Positions 10,851 to 24,300 of a stretch of DNA of 64,000 bases are shown in pieces (the stretch's first letter is position 1; every line of letters starts with the position of its first letter). Source of the DNA: Auanema rhodensis (lineage: Eukaryota > Animalia > Nematoda); NCBI GenBank assembly GCA_964057225.1, contig OZ059899.1, forward strand, positions 1,240,001 through 1,304,000, in the 5' to 3' direction. The notes beneath the pieces are model-generated. The model had not been told where the DNA came from. It did not search any database and saw nothing but the letters and a program-made list of their open reading frames with translations. The translations under genes were made by a program, and so were the position numbers.

Positions 10851-13800
10851 AATACAAAAATTAGTTATGTTCGTTTGAAAAATGATGCATTAGTGTATGT
10901 TGAGTTTCCATGTACACTCAACATTGCTTCCAAAAACATTTTGACAAAAATTTTTTCGAAAAATTTCAGAATAATTTAGCGAAAAGTAGATGTTTTTAGA
11001 TTCCGTTTTTCAAGGCAAAGACGATGGACAATGTTATTCAACGAAAAAATTAATTCTTCAGGGTGAAAATCGAGGATATAAGTGTGAACTTATATCAGTT
11101 GATATCTCGGTGCATTTTTAAGCTAGCGCAAATCTGATAACACAGATCGACGCAGCTCAAAAATCCGCATTGAATGCACTATACTACATTGAGAAACGCT
11201 CAATACAAAAATTAGTTATGATCGTTTGAAAAATGATGCATTAGTGTATGTTGAGTTTCCATGTACACTCAACATTGCTTCCAAAAACATTTTGACAAAA
11301 ATTTTTTCGAAAAATTTCAAGATAATTTAGCGAAAAGTAGATGTTTTTAGATTCCGTTTTTCAAGGCAAAGACGATGGACAATGTTATTCAACGAAAAAA
11401 TTAATTCTTCAGGGTGAAAATCGAGGATATAAGTGTGAACTTATATCAGTTGATATCTCGGTGCATTTTTAAGCTAGCGCAAATCTGATAACACAGATCG
11501 ACGCAGCTCAAAAATCCGCATTGAATGCACTATACTACATCGAGAAACGCTTGATACAAAAATTAGTTATGATCGTTTGAAAAATGATGCATTAGTGTAT
11601 GTTGAGTTTCCATGTACACTCAACATTGCTTCCAAAAACATTTTGACAAAAATTTTTTCGAAAAATTTCAAAATAATTTAGCAAAAAGTAGATGTTTTTA
11701 GATTCCATTTTTCAAGGCAAAGACGATAGACAATGTTATTCAACGAAAAAATTAATTCTTCAGGGTGAAAATCGAGGATATAAGTGTGAACTTATATCAG
11801 TTGATATCTCGGTGCATTTTTAAGCTAGCGCAAATCTGATAACACAGATCGACGCAGCTTAAAAATCCGCATCGAATGCACTATACTACATCAAGAAACG
11901 CTTGATACAAAAATTAGTTATGATCGTTTGAAAAATGATGCATTAGTGTATGTTGAGTTTCCATGTACACTCAACATTGCTTCCAAAAACATTTTGACAA
12001 AAATTTTTTCGAAAAATTTCAAAATAATTCAGCAAAAAGTAGATGTTTATAGATTCCTTTTTTCAAGGCAAAGACGATGGACAATGTTATTCAACGAAAA
12101 AATTAATTCTTCAGGGTGAAAATCGAGGATATAAGTGTGAACTTATATCAGTTGATATCTCGGTGCATTTTTAAGCTAGCGCAAATCTGATAACACAGAT
12201 CGACGCAGCTTAAAAATCCGCATCGAATGCACTATACTACATTGAGAAACGCTTAATACAAAAATTAGTTATGTTCGTTTGAAAAATGATGCATTAGTGT
12301 ATGTTGAGTTTCCATGTACACTCAACATTGCTTCCAAAAACATTTTGACAAAAATTTTTTCGAAAAATTTCAAAATAATTTAGCGAAAAGTAGATGTTTT
12401 TAAATTCCGTTTTTCAAGGCAAAGACGATGGACAATGTTATTCATCGAAAAAATTAATTCTTCAGGGTGAAAATCGAGGATATAAGTGTGAACTTATATC
12501 AGTTGATATCTCGGTGCATTTTTAAGCTAGCGCAAATCTGATAACACAGATCGACGCAGCTCAAAAATCCGCATTGAATGCACTATATTACATTGAGAAA
12601 CGCTCAATACAAAAATTAGTTATGATCGTTTGAAAAATGATGCATTAGTGTATGTTGAGTTTCCATGTACACTCAACATTGCTTCCAAAAACATTTTGAC
12701 AAAAATTTTTTCGAAAAATTTCAAGATAATTTAGCGAAAAGTAGATGTTTTTAGATTCCGTTTTTCAAGGCAAAGACGATGGACAATGTTATTCAACGAA
12801 AAAATTAATTCTTCAGGGTGAAAATCGAGGATATAAGTGTGAACTTATATCAGTTGATATCTCGGTGCATTTTTAAGCTAGCGCAAATCTGATAACACAG
12901 ATCGACGCAGCTCAAAAATCCGCATTGAATGCACTATACTACATCGAGAAACGCTTGATACAAAAATTAGTTATGATCGTTTGAAAAATGATGCATTAGT
13001 GTATGTTGAGTTTCCATGTACACTCAACATTGCTTCCAAAAACATTTTGACAAAAATTTTTTCGAAAAATTTCAAAATAATTTAGCAAAAAGTAGATGTT
13101 TTTAGATTCCATTTTTCAAGGCAAAGACGATAGACAATGTTATTCAACGAAAAAATTAATTCTTCAGGGTGAAAATCGAGGATATAAGTGTGAACTTATA
13201 TCAGTTGATATCTCGGTGCATTTTTAAGCTAGCGCAAATCTGATAACACAGATCGACGCAGCTTAAAAATCCGCATCGAATGCACTATACTACATCAAGA
13301 AACGCTTGATACAAAAATTAGTTATGATCGTTTGAAAAATGATGCATTAGTGTATGTTGAGTTTCCATGTACACTCAACATTGCTTCCAAAAACATTTTG
13401 ACAAAAATTTTTTCGAAAAATTTCAAAATAATTCAGCAAAAAGTAGATGTTTATAGATTCCTTTTTTCAAGGCAAAGACGATGGACAATGTTTTTCAACA
13501 AAAAAATTAATTCTTCAGGGTGAAAATCGAGGATATAAGTGTGAACTTATATCAGTTGATATCTCGGTGCATTTTTAAGCTAGCGCAAATCTGATAACAC
13601 AGATCGACGCAGCTTAAAAATCCGCATCGAATGCACCATACTACATCGAGAAACGCTTAATACAAAAATTAGTTATGATCGTTTGAAAAATGATGCATTA
13701 GTGTATGTTGAGTTTCCATGTACACTCAACATTGCTTCCAAAAACATTTTGACAAAAATTTTTTCGAAAAATTTCAAAATAATTCAGCAAAAAGTAGATG

Positions 13801-16800
13801 TTTATAGATTCCTTTTTTCAAGGCAAAGACGATGGACAATGTTATTCAACGAAAAAATTAATTCTTCAGGGTGAAAATCGAGGATATAAGTGTGAACTTA
13901 TATCAGTTGATATCTCGGTGCATTTTTAAGCTAGCGCAAATCTGATAACACAGATCGACGCAGCTTAAAAATCCGCATCGAATGCACTATACTACATCAA
14001 GAAACGCTTGATACAAAAATTAGTTATGATCGTTTGAAAAATGATGCATTAGTGTATGTTGAGTTTCCATGTACACTCAACATTGCTTCCAAAAACATTT
14101 TGACAAAAATTTTTTCGAAAAATTTCAAAATAATTTAGCGAAAAGTAGATGTTTTTAGCTTCCGTTTTTCAAGGCAAAGACGATGGACAATGTTATTCAA
14201 CGAAAAAATTAATTCTTCAGGGTGAAAATCGAGGATATAAGTGTGAACTTATATCAGTTGATATCTCGGTGCATTTTCAAGCTAGCGCAAATCTGATAAC
14301 ACAGATCGACGCAGCTCAAAAATCCGCATCGAATGCACTATACTACATTGAGAAACGCTTAATACAAAAATTAGTTATGTTCGTTTGAAAAATGATGCAT
14401 TAGTGTATGTTGAGTTTCCATGTACACTCAACATTGCTTCCAAAAACATTTTGACAAAAATTTTTTCGAAAAATTTCAGAATAATTTAGCGAAAAGTAGA
14501 TGTTTTTAGATTCCGTTTTTCAAGGCAAAGACGATGGACAATGTTATTCAACGAAAAAATTAATTCTTCAGGGTGAAAATCGAGGATATAAGTGTGAACT
14601 TATATCAGTTGATATCTCGGTGCATTTTTAAGCTAGCGCAAATCTGATAACACAGATCGACGCAGCTCAAAAATCCGCATTGAATGCACTATACTACATT
14701 GAGAAACGCTCAATACAAAAATTAGTTATGATCGTTTGAAAAATGATGCATTAGTGTATGTTGAGTTTCCATGTACACTCAACATTGCTTCCAAAAACAT
14801 TTTGACAAAAATTTTTTCGAAAAATTTCAAGATAATTTAGCGAAAAGTAGATGTTTTTAGATTCCGTTTTTCAAGGCAAAGAATATGGACAATGTTATTC
14901 AACGAAAAAATTAATTCTTCAGGGTGAAAATCGAGGATATAAGTGTGAACTTATATCAGTTGATATCTCGGTGCATTTTTAAGCTAGCGCAAATCTGATA
15001 ACACAGATCGACGCAGCTCAAAAATCCGCATTGAATGCACTATACTACATCGAGAAACGCTTGATACAAAAATTAGTTATGATCGTTTGAAAAATGATGC
15101 ATTAGTGTATGTTGAGTTTCCATGTACACTCAACATTGCTTCCAAAAACATTTTGACAAAAATTTTTTCGAAAAATTTCAAAATAATTTAGCAAAAAGTA
15201 GATGTTTTTAGATTCCATTTTTCAAGGCAAAGACGATAGACAATGTTATTCAACGAAAAAATTAATTCTTCAGGGTGAAAATCGAGGATATAAGTGTGAA
15301 CTTATATCAGTTGATATCTCGGTGCATTTTTAAGCTAGCGCAAATCTGATAACACAGATCGACGCAGCTCAAAAATCCGCATTGAATGCACTATACTACA
15401 TCGAGAAACGCTTGATACAAAAATTAGTTATGATCGTTTGAAAAATGATGCATTAGTGTATGTTGAGTTTCCATGTACACTCAACATTGCTTCCAAAAAC
15501 ATTTTGACAAAAATTTTTTCGAAAAATTTCAAAATAATTTAGCAAAAAGTAGATGTTTTTAGATTCCATTTTTCAAGGCAAAGACGATAGACAATGTTAT
15601 TCAACGAAAAAATTAATTCTTCAGGGTGAAAATCGAGGATATAAGTGTGAACTTATATCAGTTGATATCTCGGTGCATTTTTAAGCTAGCGCAAATCTGA
15701 TAACACAGATCGACGCAGCTCAAAAATCCGCATTGAATGCACTATACTACATTGAAAAACGCTCAATACAAAAATTAGTTATGATCGTTTGAAAAATGAT
15801 GCATTAGTGTATGTTGAGTTTCCATGTACACTCAACATTGCTTCCAAAAACATTTTGACAAAAATTTTTTCGAAAAATTTCAAGATAATTTAGCGAAAAG
15901 TAGATGTTTTTAGATTCCGTTTTTCAAGGCAAAGAATATGGACAATGTTATTCAACGAAAAAATTAATTCTTCAGGGTGAAAATCGAGGATATAAGTGTG
16001 AACTTATATCAGTTGATATCTCGGTGCATTTTTAAGCTAGCGCAAATCTGATAACACAGATCGACGCAGCTCAAAAATCCGCATTGAATGCACTATACTA
16101 CATCGAGAAACGCTTGATACAAAAATTAGTTATGATCGTTTGAAAAATGATGCATTAGTGTATGTTGAGTTTCCATGTACACTCAACATTGCTTCCAAAA
16201 ACATTTTGACAAAAATTTTTTCGAAAAATTTCAAAATAATTTAGCAAAAAGTAGATGTTTTTAGATTCCATTTTTCAAGGCAAAGACGATAGACAATGTT
16301 ATTCAACGAAAAAATTAATTCTTCAGGGTGAAAATCGAGGATATAAGTGTGAACTTATATCAGTTGATATCTCGGTGCATTTTTAAGCTAGCGCAAATCT
16401 GATAACACAGATCGACGCAGCTTAAAAATCCGCATCGAATGCACTATACTACATCAAGAAACGCTTGATACAAAAATTAGTTATGATCGTTTGAAAAATG
16501 ATGCATTAGTGTATGTTGAGTTTCCATGTACACTCAACATTGCTTCCAAAAACATTTTGACAAAAATTTTTTCGAAAAATTTCAAAATAATTCAGCAAAA
16601 AGTAGATGTTTATAGATTCCTTTTTTCAAGGCAAAGACGATGGACAATGTTATTCAACGAAAAAATTAATTCTTCAGGGTGAAAATCGAGGATATAAGTG
16701 TGAACTTATATCAGTTGATATCTCGGTGCATTTTTAAGCTAGCGCAAATCTGATAACACAGATCGACGCAGCTTAAAAATCCGCATCGAATGCACTATAC

Positions 16801-18956
16801 TACATTGAGAAACGCTTAATACAAAAATTAGTTATGTTCGTTTGAAAAATGATGCATTAGTGTATGTTGAGTTTCCATGTACACTCAACATTGCTTCCAA
16901 AAACATTTTGACAAAAATTTTTTCGAAAAATTTCAAAATAATTTAGCGAAAAGTAGATGTTTTTAAATTCCGTTTTTCAAGGCAAAGACGATGGACAATG
17001 TTATTCATCGAAAAAATTAATTCTTCAGGGTGAAAATCGAGGATATAAGTGTGAACTTATATCAGTTGATATCTCGGTGCATTTTTAAGCTAGCGCAAAT
17101 CTGATAACACAGATCGACGCAGCTCAAAAATCCGCATTGAATGCACTATACTACATTGAGAAACGCTCAATACAAAAATTAGTTATGATCGTTTGAAAAA
17201 TGATGCATTAGTGTATGTTGAGTTTCCATGTACACTCAACATTGCTTCCAAAAACATTTTGACAAAAATTTTTTCGAAAAATTTCAAGATAATTTAGCGA
17301 AAAGTAGATGTTTTTAGATTCCGTTTTTCAAGGCAAAGAATATGGACAATGTTATTCAACGAAAAAATTAATTCTTCAGGGTGAAAATCGAGGATATAAG
17401 TGTGAACTTATATCAGTTGATATCTCGGTGCATTTTTAAGCTAGCGCAAATCTGATAACACAGATCGACGCAGCTTAAAAATCCGCATCGAATGCACTAT
17501 ACTACATTGAGAAACGCTTAATACAAAAATTAGTTATGTTCGTTTGAAAAATGATGCATTAGTGTATGTTGAGTTTCCATGTACACTCAACATTGTTTCC
17601 AAAAACATTTTGACAAAAATTTTTTCGAAAAATTTCAAAATAATTTAGCGAAAAGTAGATGTTTTTAGATTCCGTTTTTCAAGGCAAAGAATATGGACAA
17701 TGTTATTCAACGAAAAAATTAATTCTTCAGGGTGAAAATCGAGGATATAAGTGTGAACTTATATCAGTTGATATCTCGGTGCATTTTTAAGCTAGCGCAA
17801 ATCTGATAACACAGATCGACGCAGCTTAAAAATCCGCATCGAATGCACTATACTACATTGAGAAACGCTTAATACAAAAATTAGTTATGTTCGTTTGAAA
17901 AATGATGCATTAGTGTATGTTGAGTTTCCATGTACACTCAACATTGCTTCCAAAAACATTTTGACAAAAATTTTTTCGAAAAATTTCAAAATAATTTAGC
18001 GAAAAGTAGATGTTTTTAAATTCCGTTTTTCAAGGCAAAGACGATGGACAATGTTATTCATCGAAAAAATTAATTCTTCAGGGTGAAAATCGAGGATATA
18101 AGTGTGAACTTATATCAGTTGATATCTCGGTGCATTTTTAAGCTAGCGCAAATCTGATAACACAGATCGACGCAGCTCAAAAATCCGCATTGAATGCACT
18201 ATACTACATTGAGAAACGCTCAATACAAAAATTAGTTATGATCGTTTGAAAAATGATGCATTAGTGTATGTTGAGTTTCCATGTACACTCAACATTGCTT
18301 CCAAAAACATTTTGACAAAAATTTTTTCGAAAAATTTCAAGATAATTTAGCGAAAAGTAGATGTTTTTAGATTCCGTTTTTCAAGGCAAAGACGATGGAC
18401 AATGTTATTCAACGAAAAAATTAATTCTTCAGGGTGAAAATCGAGGATATAAGTGTGAACTTATATCAGTTGATATCTCGGTGCATTTTTAAGCTAGCGC
18501 AAATCTGATAACACAGATCGACGCAGCTCAAAAATCCGCATTGAATGCACTATACTACATCGAGAAACGCTTGATACAAAAATTAGTTATGATCGTTTGA
18601 AAAATGATGCATTAGTGTATGTTGAGTTTCCATGTACACTCAACATTGCTTCCAAAAACATTTTGACAAAAATTTTTTCGAAAAATTTCAAAATAATTTA
18701 GCAAAAAGTAGATGTTTTTAGATTCCATTTTTCAAGGCAAAGACGATAGACAATGTTATTCAACGAAAAAATTAATTCTTCAGGGTGAAAATCGAGGATA
18801 TAAGTGTGAACTTATATCAGTTGATATCTCGGTGCATTTTTAAGCTAGCGCAAATCTGATAACACAGATCGACGCAGCTTAAAAATCCGCATCGAATGCA
18901 CTATACTACATCAAGAAACGCTTGATACAAAAATTAGTTATGATCGTTTGAAAAAT

Positions 18957-21350
18957 GATGCATTAGTGTATGTTGAGTTTCCATGTACACTCAACATTGC
19001 TTCCAAAAACATTTTGACAAAAATTTTTTCGAAAAATTTCAAAATAATTCAGCAAAAAGTAGATGTTTATAGATTCCTTTTTTCAAGGCAAAGACGATGG
19101 ACAATGTTTTTCAACAAAAAAATTAATTCTTCAGGGTGAAAATCGAGGATATAAGTGTGAACTTATATCAGTTGATATCTCGGTGCATTTTTAAGCTAGC
19201 GCAAATCTGATAACACAGATCGACGCAGCTTAAAAATCCGCATCGAATGCACCATACTACATCGAGAAACGCTTAATACAAAAATTAGTTATGATCGTTT
19301 GAAAAATGATGCATTAGTGTATGTTGAGTTTCCATGTACACTCAACATTGCTTCCAAAAACATTTTGACAAAAATTTTTTCGAAAAATTTCAAAATAATT
19401 CAGCAAAAAGTAGATGTTTATAGATTCCTTTTTTCAAGGCAAAGACGATGGACAATGTTTTTCAACAAAAAAATTAATTCTTCAGGGTGAAAATCGAGGA
19501 TATAAGTGTGAACTTATATCAGTTGATATCTCGGTGCATTTTTAAGCTAGCGCAAATCTGATAACACAGATCGACGCAGCTTAAAAATCCGCATCGAATG
19601 CACCATACTACATCGAGAAACGCTTAATACAAAAATTAGTTATGATCGTTTGAAAAATGATGCATTAGTGTATGTTGAGTTTCCATGTACACTCAACATT
19701 GCTTCCAAAAACATTTTGACAAAAATTTTTTCGAAAAATTTCAAAATAATTCAGCAAAAAGTAGATGTTTATAGATTCCTTTTTTCAAGGCAAAGACGAT
19801 GGACAATGTTATTCAACGAAAAAATTAATTCTTCAGGGTGAAAATCGAGGATATAAGTGTGAACTTATATCAGTTGATATCTCGGTGCATTTTTAAGCTA
19901 GCGCAAATCTGATAACACAGATCGACGCAGCTTAAAAATCCGCATCGAATGCACTATACTACATCAAGAAACGCTTGATACAAAAATTAGTTATGATCGT
20001 TTGAAAAATGATGCATTAGTGTATGTTGAGTTTCCATGTACACTCAACATTGCTTCCAAAAACATTTTGACAAAAATTTTTTCGAAAAATTTCAAAATAA
20101 TTCAGCAAAAAGTAGATGTTTATAGATTCCTTTTTTCAAGGCAAAGACGATGGACAATGTTTTTCAACAAAAAAATTAATTCTTCAGGGTGAAAATCGAG
20201 GATATAAGTGTGAACTTATATCAGTTGATATCTCGGTGCATTTTTAAGCTAGCGCAAATCTGATAACACAGATCGACGCAGCTTAAAAATCCGCATCGAA
20301 TGCACCATACTACATCGAGAAACGCTTAATACAAAAATTAGTTATGATCGTTTGAAAAATGATGCATTAGTGTATGTTGAGTTTCCATGTACACTCAACA
20401 TTGCTTCCAAAAACATTTTGACAAAAATTTTTTCGAAAAATTTCAAAATAATTCAGCAAAAAGTAGATGTTTATAGATTCCTTTTTTCAAGGCAAAGACG
20501 ATGGACAATGTTTTTCAACAAAAAAATTAATTCTTCAGGGTGAAAATCGAGGATATAAGTGTGAACTTATATCAGTTGATATCTCGGTGCATTTTTAAGC
20601 TAGCGCAAATCTGATAACACAGATCGACGCAGCTTAAAAATCCGCATCGAATGCACCATACTACATCGAGAAACGCTTAATACAAAAATTAGTTATGATC
20701 GTTTGAAAAATGATGCATTAGTGTATGTTGAGTTTCCATGTACACTCAACATTGCTTCCAAAAACATTTTGACAAAAATTTTTTCGAAAAATTTCAAAAT
20801 AATTCAGCAAAAAGTAGATGTTTATAGATTCCTTTTTTCAAGGCAAAGACGATGGACAATGTTATTCAACGAAAAAATTAATTCTTCAGGGTGAAAATCG
20901 AGGATATAAGTGTGAACTTATATCAGTTGATATCTCGGTGCATTTTTAAGCTAGCGCAAATCTGATAACACAGATCGACGCAGCTTAAAAATCCGCATCG
21001 AATGCACTATACTACATCAAGAAACGCTTGATACAAAAATTAGTTATGATCGTTTGAAAAATGATGCATTAGTGTATGTTGAGTTTCCATGTACACTCAA
21101 CATTGCTTCCAAAAACATTTTGACAAAAATTTTTTCGAAAAATTTCAAAATAATTCAGCAAAAAGTAGATGTTTATAGATTCCTTTTTTCAAGGCAAAGA
21201 CGATGGACAATGTTTTTCAACAAAAAAATTAATTCTTCAGGGTGAAAATCGAGGATATAAGTGTGAACTTATATCAGTTGATATCTCGGTGCATTTTTAA
21301 GCTAGCGCAAATCTGATAACACAGATCGACGCAGCTTAAAAATCCGCATC
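18957..21350. repeat. 3-mer higher-order repeat (1053 bp) x about 2.3, with an internal monomer duplication
   Basis: The pattern [TTTTCAACA+GCACCA],[same],[TTATTCAACG+ATCAAG] occurs at m54-56 and m57-59, and m60 starts a third copy. The ORF track shows FFNKK, FFNKK, LFNEK repeating. Confidence 0.88.
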
Positions 21351-24300
21351 GAATGCACTATACTACATCGAGAAACGCTTAATACAAAAATTAGTTATGA
21401 TCGTTTGAAAAATGATGCATTAGTGTATGTTGAGTTTCCATGTACACTCAACATTGCTTCCAAAAACATTTTGACAAAAATTTTTTCGAAAAATTTCAAA
21501 ATAATTCAGCAAAAAGTAGATGTTTATTGATTCCTTTTTTTAAGGCAAAGACGATGGACAATGTTATTCAACGAAAAAATTAATTCTTCAGGGTGAAAAT
21601 CGAGGATATAAGTGTAAACTTATATCAGTTGATATCTCGGTGCATTTTTAAGCTAGCGCAAATCTGATAACACAGATCGACGCAGCTTAAAAATCCGCAT
21701 CGAATGCACCATACTACATCAAGAAACGCTTGATACAAAAATTAGTTATGATCGTTTGAAAAATGATGCATTAGTGTATGTTGAGTTTCCATGTACACTC
21801 AACATTGCTTCCAAAAACATTTTGACAAAAATTTTTTCGAAAAATTTCAAAATAATTTAGCAAGAAGTAGATGTTTTTAAATTCCTTTTTTTAAGGCAAA
21901 GACGATGGACAAAGTTATTCAACGAAAAAATTAATTCTTCAGGATGAAAATCGAGAATATAAGTGTGAACTTATATCAGTTGATATCTCGGTGCATTTTT
22001 AAGCTAGCGCAAATCTGATAACACAGATCGACGCAGCTGAAAAATCCGCATCGAATGCACTATACTACATCGAGAAACGCTTGATACAAAAATTAGTTAT
22101 GATCGTTTGAAAAATGATGCATTAGTGTATGTTGAGTTTCCATGTACACTCAACATTGCTTCCAAAAACATTTTGACAAAAATTTTTTCGAAAAATTTCA
22201 AAATAATTCAGCAAAAAGTAGATGTTTATAGATTCCTTTTTTCAAGGCAAAGACGATGGACAATGTTATTCAACGAAAAAATTAATTCTTCAGGGTGAAA
22301 ATCGAGGATATAAGTGTGAACTTATATCAGTTGATATCTCGGTGCATTTTTAAGCTAGCGCAAATCTGATAACACAGATCGACGCAGCTTAAAAATCCGC
22401 ATCGAATGCACTATACTACATCAAGAAACGCTTGATACAAAAATTAGTTATGATCGTTTGAAAAATGATGCATTAGTGTATGTTGAGTTTCCATGTACAC
22501 TCAACATTGCTTCCAAAAACATTTTGACAAAAATTTTTTCGAAAAATTTCAAAATAATTCAGCAAAAAGTAGATGTTTATAGATTCCTTTTTTCAAGGCA
22601 AAGACGATGGACAATGTTATTCAACGAAAAAATTAATTCTTCAGGGTGAAAATCGAGGATATAAGTGTGAACTTATATCAGTTGATATCTCGGTGCATTT
22701 TTAAGCTAGCGCAAATCTGATAACACAGATCGACGCAGCTCAAAAATCCGCATTGAATGCACTATACTACATCGAGAAACGCTTGATACAAAAATTAGTT
22801 ATGATCGTTTGAAAAATGATGCATTAGTGTATGTTGAGTTTCCATGTACACTCAACATTGCTTCCAAAAACATTTTGACAAAAATTTTTTCGAAAAATTT
22901 CAAAATAATTTAGCAAAAAGTAGATGTTTTTAGATTCCATTTTTCAATGCAAAGACGATAGACAATGTTATTCAACGAAAAAATTAATTCTTCAGGGTGA
23001 AAATCGAGGATATAAGTGTGAACTTATATCAGTTGATATCTCGGTGCATTTTTAAGCTAGCGCAAATCTGATAACACAGATCGACGCAGCTTAAAAATCC
23101 GCATCGAATGCACTATACTACATCAAGAAACGCTTGATACAAAAATTAGTTATGATCGTTTGAAAAATGATGCATTAGTGTATGTTGAGTTTCCATGTAC
23201 ACTCAACATTGCTTCCAAAAACATTTTGACAAAAATTTTTTCGAAAAATTTCAAAATAATTTAGCAAAAAGTAGATGTTTTTAAATTCCTTTTTTTAAGG
23301 CAAAGACGATGGACAATGTTATTCAACGAAAAAATTAATTCTTCAGGGTGAAAATCGAGAATATAAGTGTGAACTTATATCAGTTGATATCTCGGTGCAT
23401 TTTTAAGCTAGCGCAAATCTGATAACACAGATCGACGCAGCTTAAAAATCCGCATCGAATGCACTATACTACATTGAGAAACGCTTAATACAAAAATTAG
23501 TTATGATCGTTTGAAAAATGATGCATTAGTGTATGTTGAGTTTCCATGTACACTCAACATTGCTTCCAAAAACATTTTGACAAAAATTTTTTCGAAAAAT
23601 TTCAAAATAATTCAGCAAAAAGTAGATGTTTATAGATTCCTTTTTTCAAGGCAAAGACGATGGACAATGTTATTCAACGAAAAAATTAATTCTTCAGGGT
23701 GAAAATCGAGGATATAAGTGTGAACTTATATCAGTTGATATCTCGGTGCATTTTTAAGCTAGCGCAAATCTGATAACACAGATCGACGCAGCTTAAAAAT
23801 CCGCATCGAATGCACTATACTACATCGAGAAACGCTTGATACAAAAATTAGTTATGATCGTTTGAAAAATGATGCATTAGTGTATGTTGAGTTTCCATGT
23901 ACACTCAACATTGCTTCCAAAAACATTTTGACAAAAATTTTTTCGAAAAATTTCAAAATAATTTAGCAAAAAGTAGATGTTTTTAGATTCCATTTTTCAA
24001 GGCAAAGACGATAGACAATGTTATTCAACGAAAAAAGTAATTCTTCAGGGTGAAAATCGAGGATATAAGTGTGAACTTATATCAGTTGATATCTCGGTGC
24101 ATTTTTAAGCTAGCGCAAATCTGATAACACAGATCGACGCAGCTTAAAAATCCGCATCGAATGCACTATACTACATCAAGAAACGCTTGATACAAAAATT
24201 AGTTATGATCGTTTGAAAAATGATGCATTAGTGTATGTTGAGTTTCCATGTACACTCAACATTGCTTCCAAAAACATTTTGACAAAAATTTTTTCGAAAA

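Noticed and set aside
7831-14388. 79-aa ORF opened by two TAA>CAA changes; 351 is divisible by 3, suggesting a coding tandem repeat
   Set aside because: The rest of the monomer has several stops in this frame, only five related copies carry the ORF, and the protein resembles nothing I recognise.
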